A stretch of 64,000 nt of DNA, taken from NCBI GenBank assembly GCA_949299165.1, contig CASFZJ010000001.1, forward strand, positions 67,504 to 131,503, read 5' to 3'. Under the pieces are notes generated by a model. That model saw nothing but the letters and a program-made list of their open reading frames with translations. It had not been told where the DNA came from and ran no database searches. Source of the DNA: an uncultured bacterium (GTDB taxonomy: Bacteria > Bacillota_I > Bacilli_A > RFN20 > CAG-826). Positions within the stretch are counted from its first letter, which is position 1. The number at the start of each line of letters is the position of its first letter. This document shows, piece after piece, positions 21,100 to 32,759 of the stretch. The position numbers and the translations under genes are program-made.

Positions 21100-21435
21100 C
21101 TACTTCCTCAATTTCCCATATAATTCCATTTGCAACACAGGTAATTCTTTAACAACTATTTCATACATTTCCATGTAATTGATACTATCATGAATAAAAA
21201 CTCTAGTATAAAAATTACTAATTTTCTCAAAATTTATGCTAGGATTATTAGTAATTATATACTTATTTTTTTGAATTTCTTCCGAGATATATTTAATCAT
21301 ATTAAAAGCAAAACATGTTGCATCAAATGCCATTTCATCGTGAATGAATTCATCCACACTTTTATTTCCTACATATCTACTTGCTTTATTAATGTAGCGA
21401 TATAAGCCAAAAATTAATTCTTCTTCTAAACTCAT
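21100..21435 (-). CDS. degenerate HepT/DUF86 (HEPN)-like protein
   Basis: Size and pattern (EFIHDEMAFDATCF...NPSINFEKI...IVVKELPVL) resemble DUF86, but the RNxxxH motif is absent. Confidence 0.5.
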   Translation of the reverse strand: MSLEEELIFGLYRYINKASRYVGNKSVDEFIHDEMAFDATCFAFNMIKYISEEIQKNKYIITNNPSINFEKISNFYTRVFIHDSINYMEMYEIVVKELPVLQMELYGKLRK

Positions 21436-22064
21436 AAAATATTTAATAAATCTTTGAAATCATCAAAACAATAATCAGGTTTTTCTTGATTTATATCTTT
21501 TTTATCGCCATAGCCAAATGACATAATGGCACATTTCATATTGATATTTTTGGCAGTTAAAATATCTACCACGCTATCACCAACATAAAGACCATTTTCT
21601 GCTAATAAATCGTTTTCAGCAAGAATCTTTTTTAACAAGGTTACATCTGGTTTAGGTGGATATTTATTATCTTGACCTTGGACTTTAATAAAATTAATTT
21701 CGCCAAGTTTATCTTTAATGAGTTTTTGTAAAATTTCATCTGGTTTATTGGAAAAAATTAAAAGTGAATAAGCTCTATTTTCAAGTTCTTTAAGCGTATC
21801 AACAACTCCATTAAAAGGTTCACTTACATATTGATATTTTTCATAATTTTTCAAAAATAAATTGAAATCTGCAGGCTTTTCATTATTTTTGCAAGCTAAA
21901 TTAAATAATCTTTTGGCACCTCTACCGATAAAAGTTTTAACAGTATTTTTATCGTATTGATATGGTAAACCAATTTCTTTTAAAGTGACATTGACAGCTT
22001 TTGTAATTCCTGTAAGCGTATCGATCAATGTTCCATCTAAATCAAAACAAACAAATTTTTTCAT
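21432..22064 (-). CDS. HAD phosphatase (phosphoglycolate phosphatase-like)
   Basis: FDLDGTLIDT, SNK, KPD, VGDSVVD. Confidence 0.9.
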   Translation of the reverse strand: MKKFVCFDLDGTLIDTLTGITKAVNVTLKEIGLPYQYDKNTVKTFIGRGAKRLFNLACKNNEKPADFNLFLKNYEKYQYVSEPFNGVVDTLKELENRAYSLLIFSNKPDEILQKLIKDKLGEINFIKVQGQDNKYPPKPDVTLLKKILAENDLLAENGLYVGDSVVDILTAKNINMKCAIMSFGYGDKKDINQEKPDYCFDDFKDLLNIL

Positions 22065-22294
22065 AAAATTTATCGTTAATATGTTATCAAAGCACTATTT
22101 AGAATTAAATAGGTAAAATAATATTTTTGAAAAATAATCTTATTTATAAAAAGGTGAAAAATGGTGTTTTTTAAAAATTCACGGAGTTTTTTTAATTTTT
22201 TCCGAGAATTAATATGAATCTTCTGGAAATTTGGTCAAAAAATACTAGTTTTTTCAAAAAATATATACTTTTTTCACCATCAAAAAATTAATAA

Positions 22295-23089
22295 TTAATC
22301 AATTATTCCTTTTTTATAATTGATGTGAAAAGCTTTTCCTAATTCTTTCAAGTTATCATTAGTGATAGATTGAACTATTTTCTTATCGCAAATTTTCATA
22401 TAAATTTCTGCGGCTTTCTCAATTGTTTCAATAAGACCAAAGACTTCATCTAGAGTTTTGCCTGTGCAAAATAAACCATGTTGTGCCCAAACAACACTTC
22501 TATATTCTTTCATTTTTAAAGCTGTTGCTTCACCGATTTCATCTCCACCACAAATAATCCATGGTAAAACTCCAATTCCTTCAGGAAAAACCACCATTGA
22601 TTCTGTTTGCATTTTCCATAGAATTTCGGTCCATTTATTTTCATCTAATTCCAAAATATGTGACATACAAATAATATTGGTTGGATGACAATGGATGACT
22701 AATCTATGGTCTTTATCAATTTGCAATCTTTCAATATGACATTTTAAATGAGTAGGAGCTTCACTTGTTGGTTTACCTCCATCTTTATAACCCCATAAAA
22801 GACCAAGAGTATTCTTATCAAGAACTTTTAAAAGGCCTAAATTTGTTTCAGGATCTTTTAGACAATTTTTAAAATATTTTTGAGTCCCTGTAATTAAGAA
22901 ATATTTGCCAATAATTGGAGCCATATCAAAATCATAAGTGAATTTTCTTGTTACATTTTCTTTTTTAACTATGGTCTTTACTTCTTCATCGGTTAGAATG
23001 TAAGAAAAATTTCCGCCATTTCTTTCGTCCCAACCATGTTTATACAATAAATCAATTATTTCAGTAGCTTCTTGTATCACTTTTTCCAT
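22295..23089 (-). CDS. rhaD: rhamnulose-1-phosphate aldolase
   Basis: GWDERNGGN, PTSE, HCHPTN, LWKMQTE..VFPEGIGVLPW, WAQHG. Confidence 0.95.
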   Translation of the reverse strand: MEKVIQEATEIIDLLYKHGWDERNGGNFSYILTDEEVKTIVKKENVTRKFTYDFDMAPIIGKYFLITGTQKYFKNCLKDPETNLGLLKVLDKNTLGLLWGYKDGGKPTSEAPTHLKCHIERLQIDKDHRLVIHCHPTNIICMSHILELDENKWTEILWKMQTESMVVFPEGIGVLPWIICGGDEIGEATALKMKEYRSVVWAQHGLFCTGKTLDEVFGLIETIEKAAEIYMKICDKKIVQSITNDNLKELGKAFHINYKKGIID

Positions 23090-23091
23090 TT

Positions 23092-24321
23092 TTAATTACC
23101 TCTTTTTGACATTACATCTTTTTCGTATTTTTTAACATCTTCGTAGAAATCATTTTTAATATTTTCTTCTTTTAAATATTCTTCATAAACTTCTTCCCAA
23201 GGAAGTTCTCTTATTTTTTCTTGAAGATAAAGAATTTTTGTATGATCTCCTTCTTTTTGTGCTTCGCTTAAGAGTTTCCAAGGTGTCAAGCTTGCTTTAA
23301 TAAGTGCTTTAATTAAATTTCTTGCACCAATTATTAAAGCATCAACTCTATTAATTGAACCATCAAAGAAATCCATAGCAAGATAAGTTCTATCAAAAGC
23401 ATCATTTTTAATTAATTCATCACAAACTTCTTGAAGTTCATCATTTAATTTCAATACATGATCGCTATCCCATCTAACTCCACGAGATGTATGTAAGGCG
23501 ATTTTAGGGAAGAATAGTAAAAGTGAAGAAATTTTATCACTAACATTTTCGGTTGGATGGAAATGCCCCATATCAAGCAAAGGAACAAGATTATTTTCCT
23601 TTGCATAACTTAAATAAAATTCAAAAGAACCAACTGTAAACGATTCGACACCAATCCCAAATACTTTAGACTCAACACTAACATCAACTAAATTTCGATC
23701 GAATTTATAGTCTAAAATTTTATCTAAAGAATTTTTAAGATTTTTTCTTAGTTCGATACGATTTGATGGACTTTCTTTAAGACCATCAGGTACCCATATA
23801 TTAACTAAAACTTTTTGATTTAACTCTCTTGCAATGTCTTCACTAGCTTTAATCGAATTCACGCAATGCTTAATCCAATAATTTCTAACGTTTTCATCAT
23901 ACGAGGATAAAGTTAAATTATCTTTTAACATTTCTGAAGCAAAACAAGTTGGATTAAAGTCGATTCCAATGTTATTTTCTTTAGCAAATTCAATCCACCT
24001 TCTAAAATTTTTCGCACTAATTTCGCTTCTATCAACTAAATCATCGCTTTCATAAATTGCGTGTAAATTCACTTTCTTTTTGCCCGGAATAAATTTTAAA
24101 GCTTCTTTTAAATCACTTGTTAATTCTTCAAAATTTCTTGCTTTAAATGGATAATTGCCAGTTGATTGAATTCCGCCAGTTAAAGATTCTGCTTTTAAAA
24201 ATCCATCAATATCATCAAGTTGCCAACATTGAATAGAAATTGGCATATTTCTAACTTTTTCTATCGCTTCATTTGGATTGATTCCAAATTCTTTAAATTT
24301 TTTAACAACTTCTTCTCTCAT
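23092..24321 (-). CDS. rhaA: L-rhamnose isomerase
   Basis: CWQ.DD, NLHAIY, DFNPTCF, NIWVPDG, ESKVFGIGVES, DMGHFHPTE, VRWDSDH, DFFD.SINR. Confidence 0.95.
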   Translation of the reverse strand: MREEVVKKFKEFGINPNEAIEKVRNMPISIQCWQLDDIDGFLKAESLTGGIQSTGNYPFKARNFEELTSDLKEALKFIPGKKKVNLHAIYESDDLVDRSEISAKNFRRWIEFAKENNIGIDFNPTCFASEMLKDNLTLSSYDENVRNYWIKHCVNSIKASEDIARELNQKVLVNIWVPDGLKESPSNRIELRKNLKNSLDKILDYKFDRNLVDVSVESKVFGIGVESFTVGSFEFYLSYAKENNLVPLLDMGHFHPTENVSDKISSLLLFFPKIALHTSRGVRWDSDHVLKLNDELQEVCDELIKNDAFDRTYLAMDFFDGSINRVDALIIGARNLIKALIKASLTPWKLLSEAQKEGDHTKILYLQEKIRELPWEEVYEEYLKEENIKNDFYEDVKKYEKDVMSKRGN

Positions 24322-24336
24322 TTTTTATTCCTCCAC

Positions 24337-25656
24337 TTACTCTATTTGAGAATAAATATTTCCTAAGGCACTAGCTTCAATTGGTAAAGCTATTACTTTT
24401 TTATTTGTTATTTTGCTTGTTAATTCATTTAAATAATCATTTTTCGCTCCGCCGCCAATAATATAAATATTTTTATATTTATTGTTAGTGAGTTCTTCAA
24501 TTTCTTTAATAGCATTTCTATATGCAAATGCTAACGAATGAAATGCCGAATTAAAAATATCGCATTCGTTTTCAATATGCATACTCTTTTCTTTAAAATA
24601 GTTAAAAATTTCATCTTTCATACTTTTTGGCGCTAAAAAACGCGCATCATTTACATCAAATGTTTCCTTAAAAGATGAATTTTTGGCTTTATTAATGATT
24701 TCTACGAAATCTAATGAATATTCTTTACTTAAACATTGAATAATCCAGAGACCCATAATATTTTTTTGAAAACGAACATAATCTGGCCCTAACTCATTAG
24801 AAAAATTATATTCTTTAGCTCTTTTTGAAGTTATAGGATTTTGAATTTTAGCTCCTAATAGCGACCAAGTTCCACTCGAAATATAAAGTGACTCTTTATC
24901 AAGATCTTTTAATGCTTCAACCGCACTCGCTGTATCATGAGTAGGTGCTAGTTTAACCATTATATTTGCACCGATTTCTTCTGCAACTTCTTTCTTCAAA
25001 TAACCGATAGAATACCCTGGTTTTTCAAGCTTTTTACTCAATAACCATGCAAAACCTAACTCTTTTCCTAAAAGCTCAGAAAATTTACGATTTTTAATAT
25101 CTAATAAATTTGTTGTTGAAGCGTTAGTAAGTTCATAAACTTTTTTACCTGTTAACAAAAAATTTAAATACTCAGGAATCATTAAAAATGTTTTAGCTTT
25201 TCTTAATCTCCCATCAACTTTGTCTTTGTAAAGTTGATAAATTGTATTAAATTTTTGGAACTGAGAACCGGTAATTTCATAAAGTTTATCTTCACTAATT
25301 ATTTCTCTAACTTCATCTATAATTTCACAAGTTCTATTATCTCGATAGGAATAAACAGGTCCAATAATTTCATCATTTTCATCGAGCAAAACATAATCGC
25401 AACCCCATGTATCAATAGCAACAGACTCAATTTTTGGAAATTTTTTAAAAGCTTCTTTGATTCCATTCTTAACTTCTTTAAATAAATGCTCTATGTCCCA
25501 ACATTTATGAGAATCGTTTACAATAAACCCATTTTTAAAACGATAAACTTCAATAAGTTTTTTAACTTTAGTGTTATAAGCTTCAACCTTCCCACCACTT
25601 GCACCAATATCGATCGCCAAATGAATTTTTTCTGGTATTTTTTCAATATTTTCCAT
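24337..25656 (-). CDS. rhaB: rhamnulokinase
   Basis: AIDIGASGG, IDTWGCDYVLLD, YRD.RT, FNTIYQL, HDTASA, SSGTWSL, KNIMGLW. Confidence 0.94.
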   Translation of the reverse strand: MENIEKIPEKIHLAIDIGASGGKVEAYNTKVKKLIEVYRFKNGFIVNDSHKCWDIEHLFKEVKNGIKEAFKKFPKIESVAIDTWGCDYVLLDENDEIIGPVYSYRDNRTCEIIDEVREIISEDKLYEITGSQFQKFNTIYQLYKDKVDGRLRKAKTFLMIPEYLNFLLTGKKVYELTNASTTNLLDIKNRKFSELLGKELGFAWLLSKKLEKPGYSIGYLKKEVAEEIGANIMVKLAPTHDTASAVEALKDLDKESLYISSGTWSLLGAKIQNPITSKRAKEYNFSNELGPDYVRFQKNIMGLWIIQCLSKEYSLDFVEIINKAKNSSFKETFDVNDARFLAPKSMKDEIFNYFKEKSMHIENECDIFNSAFHSLAFAYRNAIKEIEELTNNKYKNIYIIGGGAKNDYLNELTSKITNKKVIALPIEASALGNIYSQIE

Positions 25657-25719
25657 AAAAATTAAAAATTTTAAATCCTAGTTTTAAGTTTTCACGTTTT
25701 TTATTAAAGTTTTCACGGG

Positions 25720-28290
25720 TTACAAATCATATTCAAAATGATATTTACCACCTTTAATATTATCAATTTTTTTATCATTAATAATAAGTGTTGATAATGT
25801 ATTTGCTGGTAAAATAATATCAATTAAACACTTTTCATTTTCCTTTTTCCAACTAACAGAAACTTTACCATAAACACTATCATAACTGCCTTTGGCAAAA
25901 GTTATATTTCCACCAATTATTGGTTTAATTAAGAAACTATTTTCTTTAACGACATTAATACCAAGCATTCCATTAAAAAGCCATTCAACCATTGCGCCTT
26001 TAGAATAATGATTTAGCGAGGCGACGCCAGTTTTAGCAAGTGGTCCTTCCCAGGATTCCCAGACGGATGTTGTATCGTTTTTAGCCATAAATAACCAGCC
26101 AGGATTTTCCTCATTTTCTAAAAGTTTATAAGCGTATTCTTTATCGATTTTTGTTAAGACTTCAAGAATAAATGGTGTCGAAAGAAAACCAGTTCCGATT
26201 CTCCAAGAAAAATTATCAAGTGCTTTGATAAGTCTATCTTCCACTTTTTTAGTTGTCTCTTCATCAAGTAAATCCATATATAAAGGTCTAACTAATTTAG
26301 CTTGTCTATCTGTATCCAATTTAAAACGATCGAGTTTAACTAACTCTTGATAAGCGCGCTTTGTTCCTAAAATATATTCTTCTAACCATTTAGCATCTTT
26401 TTCTTTGCCTAAAATTGAAGCGATTTCTCTAACTTTAGATAAAGTATAATTTGTATAGGCTGTAGATTCTTCTGGATGAGGAACAGCTACATCTTTCCAA
26501 GATTGATCATAAATTTCTTTTGGTTCAAGCCGTTCACCATAAGATTGTCCTTTATTTACTAAATACTTTTTGATTTTATGTGTCATTTTAATTTTTGGAG
26601 CTAACACACCAGTTTTTCCACATCTTGAAATCATAAATTTTGCGTAGCGCATAATGTTATCATATGAATCTTGAAGAATTCTCTTGTCGCCATATTTTAA
26701 ATAATGCCTATAAGGTATTAAAACTCCAGCACATGCCCAGCCAACAGATCCATTTAAAAAATTCATATAAAAATCTTCCCCAACAGTTGGTACTATTTGG
26801 TAGAATTTTCCATTTTTAGTTTGGGTATCTTTTAAATCATTGATGTATTTTCTTGCAAAAGAAGCATAATTAACTAAATATGATGCTGAATTGAAGAAAA
26901 TTTGCGCATCTCCTGTCCATCCTGCTCTCTCACGTGTTGGACAATCAGTAGGCACATCAACCGAATTGTCTTTTAAAGACCAAAGAGTGTTGTGATAAAA
27001 CTTATTAATCAATTCATTTGAACATTCAAAAGTTGAAGAGTCTTCAAAAGCGTTATAGACACTAATTGCTTCAATTTCAAGTTTGTCAGAAATATTTTCA
27101 ATATCGCTTTCAATTTCAACAAACTTAAATCCGCCATAATAAAATTTAGGTTTATAGTCGTTTAATCCTTCTTTACATTCATAAACTATCATTTGAAGAG
27201 GTGTAACTTGCCATTTTGCATAGAGTTGAAAATTCTTTTGCGAAATTTCATTATTTTCACCAATCATCTCAGCGAACTTTAATTTAATAAAATTCCCTTG
27301 TTTTGCATTGATTTTAAACGAAACATACCCTGTTATCATTTGTGGAAATTCGATGATTAACTTGCCACTTGGTGAAATAAATTTTCTTTTAGGCACAAAT
27401 TTTTCCATTTCTTTAACTTGAAAATTATTTGAACATTTTAAATTTTTAAGAGATTCATTTGTTAATATGGCTTTATCTTTATAAGTAGGTACAAGATTTG
27501 CCTTTACTCTTTCGCCATCTCTTAAATCATTAATTCCTATAGGTCCATCATTTGACCAAGAAAATGAATCATCAGTTAAAATTTTTGTCACTTTTCCATT
27601 TTCATCATAGATTTCAAGTTGAGCAAAAACTTTAGTTTCTTTTCCATAGACATTTCGGTGTCCCCAAGCACCATTACTTCCTCTATACCATCCATCCCCA
27701 AGCACTAATTCAAGTGAATTTTTACCTTCTTTAATTAAACTAGTGACATCATATGTTTGATATTGAATTCTATGATGATAATTAGTTGATCCTGGATTTA
27801 ATACTGAATCGCCAGCTTTTTTGCCATTAATTGATGCTTCATAAACTCCAAGTGCGGTTGCATAAAGTCTAGCTCTTTTGACTTTAAAATTTATTTCAAA
27901 ATCTTTTTTAAAATAGTCGGCTGGATATCTTCTTTTTTTACTTGCCTTATAATTTCCTTTTATAAAATGAGCTTCAAATTCTTTATTATCTAATAAGCCA
28001 AACTCAAAATAAGCATGTTCGCTTTCTTCGCCTTTTTCTCCATTTTCATCAATTAAAGTAACAAAATATTCAACCCTATCTCTACTTTTAAAAGGATAAT
28101 CAAATATGTAATTCATTGATGAAGATCTCATCTCATCAGTTTCAATAAGATCTCCATCGTTTACTTTAAAAGATACGATATAGGCGCTTTGATTTTTATC
28201 GCCTTCATCGTTCCACGTTATACGAGGATTTTTGATATCTATTCCAAGTGGATTAGTTAAAAATTCACATTTTAAATTAACTGCTTTCAT
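25720..28290 (-). CDS. alpha-L-rhamnosidase (GH78)
   Basis: NPLGID..PRITW, LGDGWYRG, TDCPTRERAGWTGD, TGFLST, WESW, SLNHYS; CGG at 26530-26532 lies at a Trp position. Confidence 0.94.
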   Translation of the reverse strand: MKAVNLKCEFLTNPLGIDIKNPRITWNDEGDKNQSAYIVSFKVNDGDLIETDEMRSSSMNYIFDYPFKSRDRVEYFVTLIDENGEKGEESEHAYFEFGLLDNKEFEAHFIKGNYKASKKRRYPADYFKKDFEINFKVKRARLYATALGVYEASINGKKAGDSVLNPGSTNYHHRIQYQTYDVTSLIKEGKNSLELVLGDGWYRGSNGAWGHRNVYGKETKVFAQLEIYDENGKVTKILTDDSFSWSNDGPIGINDLRDGERVKANLVPTYKDKAILTNESLKNLKCSNNFQVKEMEKFVPKRKFISPSGKLIIEFPQMITGYVSFKINAKQGNFIKLKFAEMIGENNEISQKNFQLYAKWQVTPLQMIVYECKEGLNDYKPKFYYGGFKFVEIESDIENISDKLEIEAISVYNAFEDSSTFECSNELINKFYHNTLWSLKDNSVDVPTDCPTRERAGWTGDAQIFFNSASYLVNYASFARKYINDLKDTQTKNGKFYQIVPTVGEDFYMNFLNGSVGWACAGVLIPYRHYLKYGDKRILQDSYDNIMRYAKFMISRCGKTGVLAPKIKMTHKIKKYLVNKGQSYGERLEPKEIYDQSWKDVAVPHPEESTAYTNYTLSKVREIASILGKEKDAKWLEEYILGTKRAYQELVKLDRFKLDTDRQAKLVRPLYMDLLDEETTKKVEDRLIKALDNFSWRIGTGFLSTPFILEVLTKIDKEYAYKLLENEENPGWLFMAKNDTTSVWESWEGPLAKTGVASLNHYSKGAMVEWLFNGMLGINVVKENSFLIKPIIGGNITFAKGSYDSVYGKVSVSWKKENEKCLIDIILPANTLSTLIINDKKIDNIKGGKYHFEYDL

Positions 28291-28292
28291 GA

Positions 28293-30218
28293 TTATTTAC
28301 CTTCTTTAGAAAGAGCAAGTCTCTTTTGATAATCCTCAAAAATTGCATGACCTCTTTTTTCTTCTTCGTTCCAATACTCGTTAAGTTTTTCTTCTTTTTC
28401 TTTAACTTTTGCAAGGAATTTTTCTTTTTGAGCATCATTTAAAGCATTAAATTTAGCATCAGCTTTTTCTTTTCTTGCTTTCTCTTTAAGCTCTGCTTTT
28501 TCTTTTTGAAGTCTTTCTTTTTCCTTTTCTTTATTTTCTTTTACTTCTTTATTATGAAGATAGATTGCATATTCTCTTTCATAATCCAAACCTTTAGTTT
28601 CACATCTAACTTTAAGTTCTTCTTTAAAGTGTTCTTCTGCTTCTCTATTTTGAATTTCAACCATTTCCGCATTTCTAATTTCAGCAGGTTTCCATTCTTT
28701 TCCTTCTTTTTTGTAAGTTTCTTTTTCTCTTTCAACAATCTCTTTTTGTTTAAAATGAATTGTTTTTTCAGGATTTACAAAAAGAATAATTATTGCACAA
28801 ATTAAACCAGTAATAATTTCAATTCCTAAGAATGCCCAAATAATGAAAGTATTTACCGAATCATTTTGGATAAAAACAGTTGAACTTGTTCCATCAATGT
28901 TTTTAATAACTTTTTGAACTTCATTTGTGATCTCACCAGGAACATTTCCTGTAACTGGTTCAACATAACCCAGTCCTGTAATCATTAAATTAAAGAAACC
29001 AGTTCCAATTCCAATTGCGCTTGTTGAAATGATGTTATATAAAGCCATTGCACTACCATCACTTCTAAATCCCGTCTTCCATTCAAGTGAATCTAAGCAA
29101 TCAGCAAATAAAGCCATAAAAACATAGGCACATGGAAGTCCGCCAATATTTTTAATAAATTGACCTATCAAAACAATGACCATGTTATAAGGATTAATCA
29201 TACAAATTATGCCACCAAGTGCATATAGCAAAAACCCTACAACTGTAATGTTTCTTTTGCCGAACTTTTTAGCAAGTGGCCACACTGCAAAGATACCAAT
29301 TCCCATTGGCACGCCACCAATAACCGAAATCATTGTTTGAGTTGTGCCATCACTATACTTACCTAAAATATAGTTTGAATAATAAATGAGTCCTAAATTT
29401 TTAACTTGTGAACCAAAGCTATAGAAAACGAAATAAATCATTAAAAGAATAATATATTTATCTGTAAAAATAGCTTTTAATTGTAATTTATATGGGATTT
29501 TATTTTCTTCAACACCAACATTTTCTTCAGTAATTCTTTCTTTAGTATAGAAATATTCCATAAGAGTTAAAGGAAGAACTAAACAAGAAAAGATTGACAT
29601 TGCAACTATCCAAGCAGTTGAAGAAACGCCTATCATTGGTAAAACAACAAATGGAAAAACTAAAGCAACGATTATTCCTGAGGTACAAATTGTTGCAATT
29701 TGAGTAAAGACAGAAAGTTTACCTCTTTGAGTAACATTTCTTGTTGAAAGAGGCACCATCATGTTGTGCGCCATGCTATAAATTGAATAAGCAAACGAAT
29801 AAAAAAGATTATAAGTAAGCATTACCCAAATTGATTGAACTATTTCATTAGTTTGAGGAATTATAAAAAGCAAAATTCCAAAAATAGTCATGAGTGGAGC
29901 ACTAAGAAGTAACCAAGGACGGGCTTTTCCTTGTTTTGATTTAGTGTGATCAATTAAATAACCATACCCAACATCAACTACCGCATCGATAATTTTAGAA
30001 AGAATTGGGAATAAACCTAAAAAGAGCCCTCCCCACATGTAGCCAAGTCCTGCAACATCAAGATAGAATTGGTTAAGGTAACTTCCTAAAATTGCGTTGA
30101 GTAACAAGGCTCCGGCCGGTCCGACAAGATAACCAAGCCACGCTTCTTTCCCTTTAACGTTATAAGATTTTACCTTTGAATTGAAAAATCTTTTTCCAAG
30201 AGTCATTTTTACTTCCAT
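28293..30218 (-). CDS. GPH-family (MFS_2) glycoside:cation symporter with long charged C-tail
   Basis: About 12 TM; [21 protein letters not shown]; about 150-aa Lys/Glu-rich C-terminus. Confidence 0.88.
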   Translation of the reverse strand: MEVKMTLGKRFFNSKVKSYNVKGKEAWLGYLVGPAGALLLNAILGSYLNQFYLDVAGLGYMWGGLFLGLFPILSKIIDAVVDVGYGYLIDHTKSKQGKARPWLLLSAPLMTIFGILLFIIPQTNEIVQSIWVMLTYNLFYSFAYSIYSMAHNMMVPLSTRNVTQRGKLSVFTQIATICTSGIIVALVFPFVVLPMIGVSSTAWIVAMSIFSCLVLPLTLMEYFYTKERITEENVGVEENKIPYKLQLKAIFTDKYIILLMIYFVFYSFGSQVKNLGLIYYSNYILGKYSDGTTQTMISVIGGVPMGIGIFAVWPLAKKFGKRNITVVGFLLYALGGIICMINPYNMVIVLIGQFIKNIGGLPCAYVFMALFADCLDSLEWKTGFRSDGSAMALYNIISTSAIGIGTGFFNLMITGLGYVEPVTGNVPGEITNEVQKVIKNIDGTSSTVFIQNDSVNTFIIWAFLGIEIITGLICAIIILFVNPEKTIHFKQKEIVEREKETYKKEGKEWKPAEIRNAEMVEIQNREAEEHFKEELKVRCETKGLDYEREYAIYLHNKEVKENKEKEKERLQKEKAELKEKARKEKADAKFNALNDAQKEKFLAKVKEKEEKLNEYWNEEEKRGHAIFEDYQKRLALSKEGK

Positions 30219-30220
30219 AA

Positions 30221-32665
30221 TTATTTGTCCTTTCTAAGTAAAACTTTTAAACCTCTTAAATAATGACCATTTATAAATTCAACTAAAGCTAAAGCGACTT
30301 TGAAAGTAAGTTGACCACTTGAAGAAAAACAAAGTGAGCGTAAATTGTTATTTGGCATCATTTTTGCAACAAAATATCCGCTTTTCATCTCTCTTTCTCT
30401 TAGTGCTTTATCTTCTATTTTTTGAGCTTTTTTATATTTTGATAAACCAACATTAATCGTTGATTTTTTAAAGATTTTTCCAACAAATGAATCAAATTCG
30501 CCAATTGGAGTTTCAAGAGTATATGGCTTTTTATTGAAAACATATTTTGGAATTTTAAATTTTAATAATTCTTCAAAAACTTCATCAGGCACAATCGACT
30601 CATCAAGTTTTCCGTTCTTTTTATAAGAATAGGCATAATTAACTTTTTCTGAGTTTATATTTTCAATTACATTTCCTTTTATAAATACAACTTCTTTATA
30701 AATTTCTTCACGTGAATTTTTACTGATAATTATCGTATAATTTCCGTTTTCTAAGACAAAATCTTTTGTGTTTATATCGTAGACTTTAAGTGTATCGTAA
30801 GGAATTTCTAATACGAATTCTTTTGCTTCACCAATCTTTATTTCTTGTTTCTTAAAAGCTTTTAATTCTTTGATTGGTCGAATAATATTTGAATCAGGTT
30901 TAGAAACAAAAACTTCAATTACATCTTTTGCATCAAAATTACCAACATTTTTTACATTTAATTTAATAATGACTTTTCTATTTTCTAAGTCATTTTTAAT
31001 TTCAAAATTATCATAAGAAAATTTTGAATAAGATAATCCATATCCAAAAGGATAATTAACATCAATATTAAATGAATCATAATAGCGATAGCCTACAAAA
31101 AGTGATTCTTTATAAACTTCAATTGGTGTTTTTGTGAAATTTTCACCAAAAGGCACATCTTTATAATCTTTTATATATGTTTCATTCAATCTTCCTGATG
31201 GAGAAACTTCACCATATAAAATTTTATAATAGATTTCGCCAAGTGCTTCGCCACACATCGCAAAATTTACAATAGCACTAACCTCATTTTTAAAAGGTAA
31301 AGTTACAACTGACCCATTGAAATTAGTAACAATTATTTTTTTATTTAATTTAATTAATTCATTTAATAAATGAATTTGATTTTTAGGTAAATTTATCGAG
31401 TCGCGATCAAAGCCTTCTGATTCAATAAAATCATTTTGAGCCACTAAAAATACAATTTTTTCGTAGTTTTTAGCTTTTTCTAATGCTTCATTTTCTAATT
31501 TTTCATTAGTTTTATTTTCTAAAATTTCATAACCTTGTGCATAATCAAATTCGAGTTCATTTACTTTTTCAAAATATTCATCAATATGAACTAATCTATA
31601 TGGATTTAATAACGATGATCCGCTTCCTTGATATTTATTTTCTTTAAAAAGTTCACCTACAAAAAGAACTTTCTCATTCTTTTTGAGTGGTAAAACATTA
31701 TCTTCGTTTTTAAGTAAAGTTACACCTTCAAGCCCTGCTTCAAGTGCAATTTTATAATTTTCTTCAAAAATAGATTTATCGTATTTATTTTTGTTTTCAG
31801 TTTTATTTAAAAGTTCTAAAACTCTTCTTACTGAATTATTTAAGGTTTCTTCTTTTATTTTTCCACTTTTTACCCCATCAATAACAAGCTTAACATTTTC
31901 TTCGACTTGGCCTGGCATTTCAAGGTCATTTCCATTATTTAAAGCTTCATCTCTATGTACAATTCCACCCCAATCTGTGACATTAACCCCGCAAAACCCC
32001 AATTTTTTTCTTAAAAGTTCATTTTGAGTATAATTATTTTCGCTTGAATGAATTCCATTGATTTGATTATAAGAAGACATAATTGCATCTGTTTCGCCAT
32101 CTTTTACTATCATTTCAAAAGGTTTTAAATAAACCTCATTTAATGTTCTATCATCAATTATTGAATTACCAACAAAACGATATTTTTCATTATTATTACA
32201 AGCAAAATGTTTTGGAGTAGCCGCTATGTTTTCAGTTTGTAAACCTCTAACAAAGCTTGTTCCTAACTTACCTGCCAAAAAAGGATCTTCACTATAATAT
32301 TCAAAATTTCTTCCACATAAAGGATTACGTTTAATATTAACAGAAGGACCTAGAAGCATATCTATTTCGTAATATGCAGCTTCTTTCCCAATAGATTCAC
32401 CAACTTTAAATAAAATTTCTTCATTAAAAGTTGATGCTAAAACAGTTCCTGTTGGGAAAACAGTTGCAGGCAAAGAATTGCTTATCCCCGTTAAATTATC
32501 GCTTTTTGGGTCGGTTATTCTAATTCCGTTTGGCCCATCAGACATTTTTAAAGCTCTTATTCTATAACTTGGATAAGAAATTAATGACATATTTTTATTA
32601 CCACTTAATAGTTTAGCTTTCTCTTCTAGACTCATCTTTTTGATTACTTCATCAATATTAATCAT
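30221..32665 (-). CDS. GH3 glycoside hydrolase
   Basis: [34 protein letters not shown], nucleophile TDWG, ESEGFDR. Confidence 0.94.
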   Translation of the reverse strand: MINIDEVIKKMSLEEKAKLLSGNKNMSLISYPSYRIRALKMSDGPNGIRITDPKSDNLTGISNSLPATVFPTGTVLASTFNEEILFKVGESIGKEAAYYEIDMLLGPSVNIKRNPLCGRNFEYYSEDPFLAGKLGTSFVRGLQTENIAATPKHFACNNNEKYRFVGNSIIDDRTLNEVYLKPFEMIVKDGETDAIMSSYNQINGIHSSENNYTQNELLRKKLGFCGVNVTDWGGIVHRDEALNNGNDLEMPGQVEENVKLVIDGVKSGKIKEETLNNSVRRVLELLNKTENKNKYDKSIFEENYKIALEAGLEGVTLLKNEDNVLPLKKNEKVLFVGELFKENKYQGSGSSLLNPYRLVHIDEYFEKVNELEFDYAQGYEILENKTNEKLENEALEKAKNYEKIVFLVAQNDFIESEGFDRDSINLPKNQIHLLNELIKLNKKIIVTNFNGSVVTLPFKNEVSAIVNFAMCGEALGEIYYKILYGEVSPSGRLNETYIKDYKDVPFGENFTKTPIEVYKESLFVGYRYYDSFNIDVNYPFGYGLSYSKFSYDNFEIKNDLENRKVIIKLNVKNVGNFDAKDVIEVFVSKPDSNIIRPIKELKAFKKQEIKIGEAKEFVLEIPYDTLKVYDINTKDFVLENGNYTIIISKNSREEIYKEVVFIKGNVIENINSEKVNYAYSYKKNGKLDESIVPDEVFEELLKFKIPKYVFNKKPYTLETPIGEFDSFVGKIFKKSTINVGLSKYKKAQKIEDKALREREMKSGYFVAKMMPNNNLRSLCFSSSGQLTFKVALALVEFINGHYLRGLKVLLRKDK

Positions 32666-32677
32666 AATTCACCCCAC

Positions 32678-32691
32678 TGAAAGCGCTTACA
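32678..32691. promoter_or_regulatory. catabolite-responsive element (cre, CcpA-type)
   Basis: TGAAAGCGCTTACA matches consensus TGWAANCGNTNWCA; it abuts a -10-like TATTAT (minus strand, 32692-32697) upstream of the GH3-rha operon. Confidence 0.72.
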
Positions 32692-32759
32692 ATAATATTA
32701 AAAAGGAAATAAATCAATATTTCTTGTCATTTTGTTCAAATATTTATACTATTGTTCTA

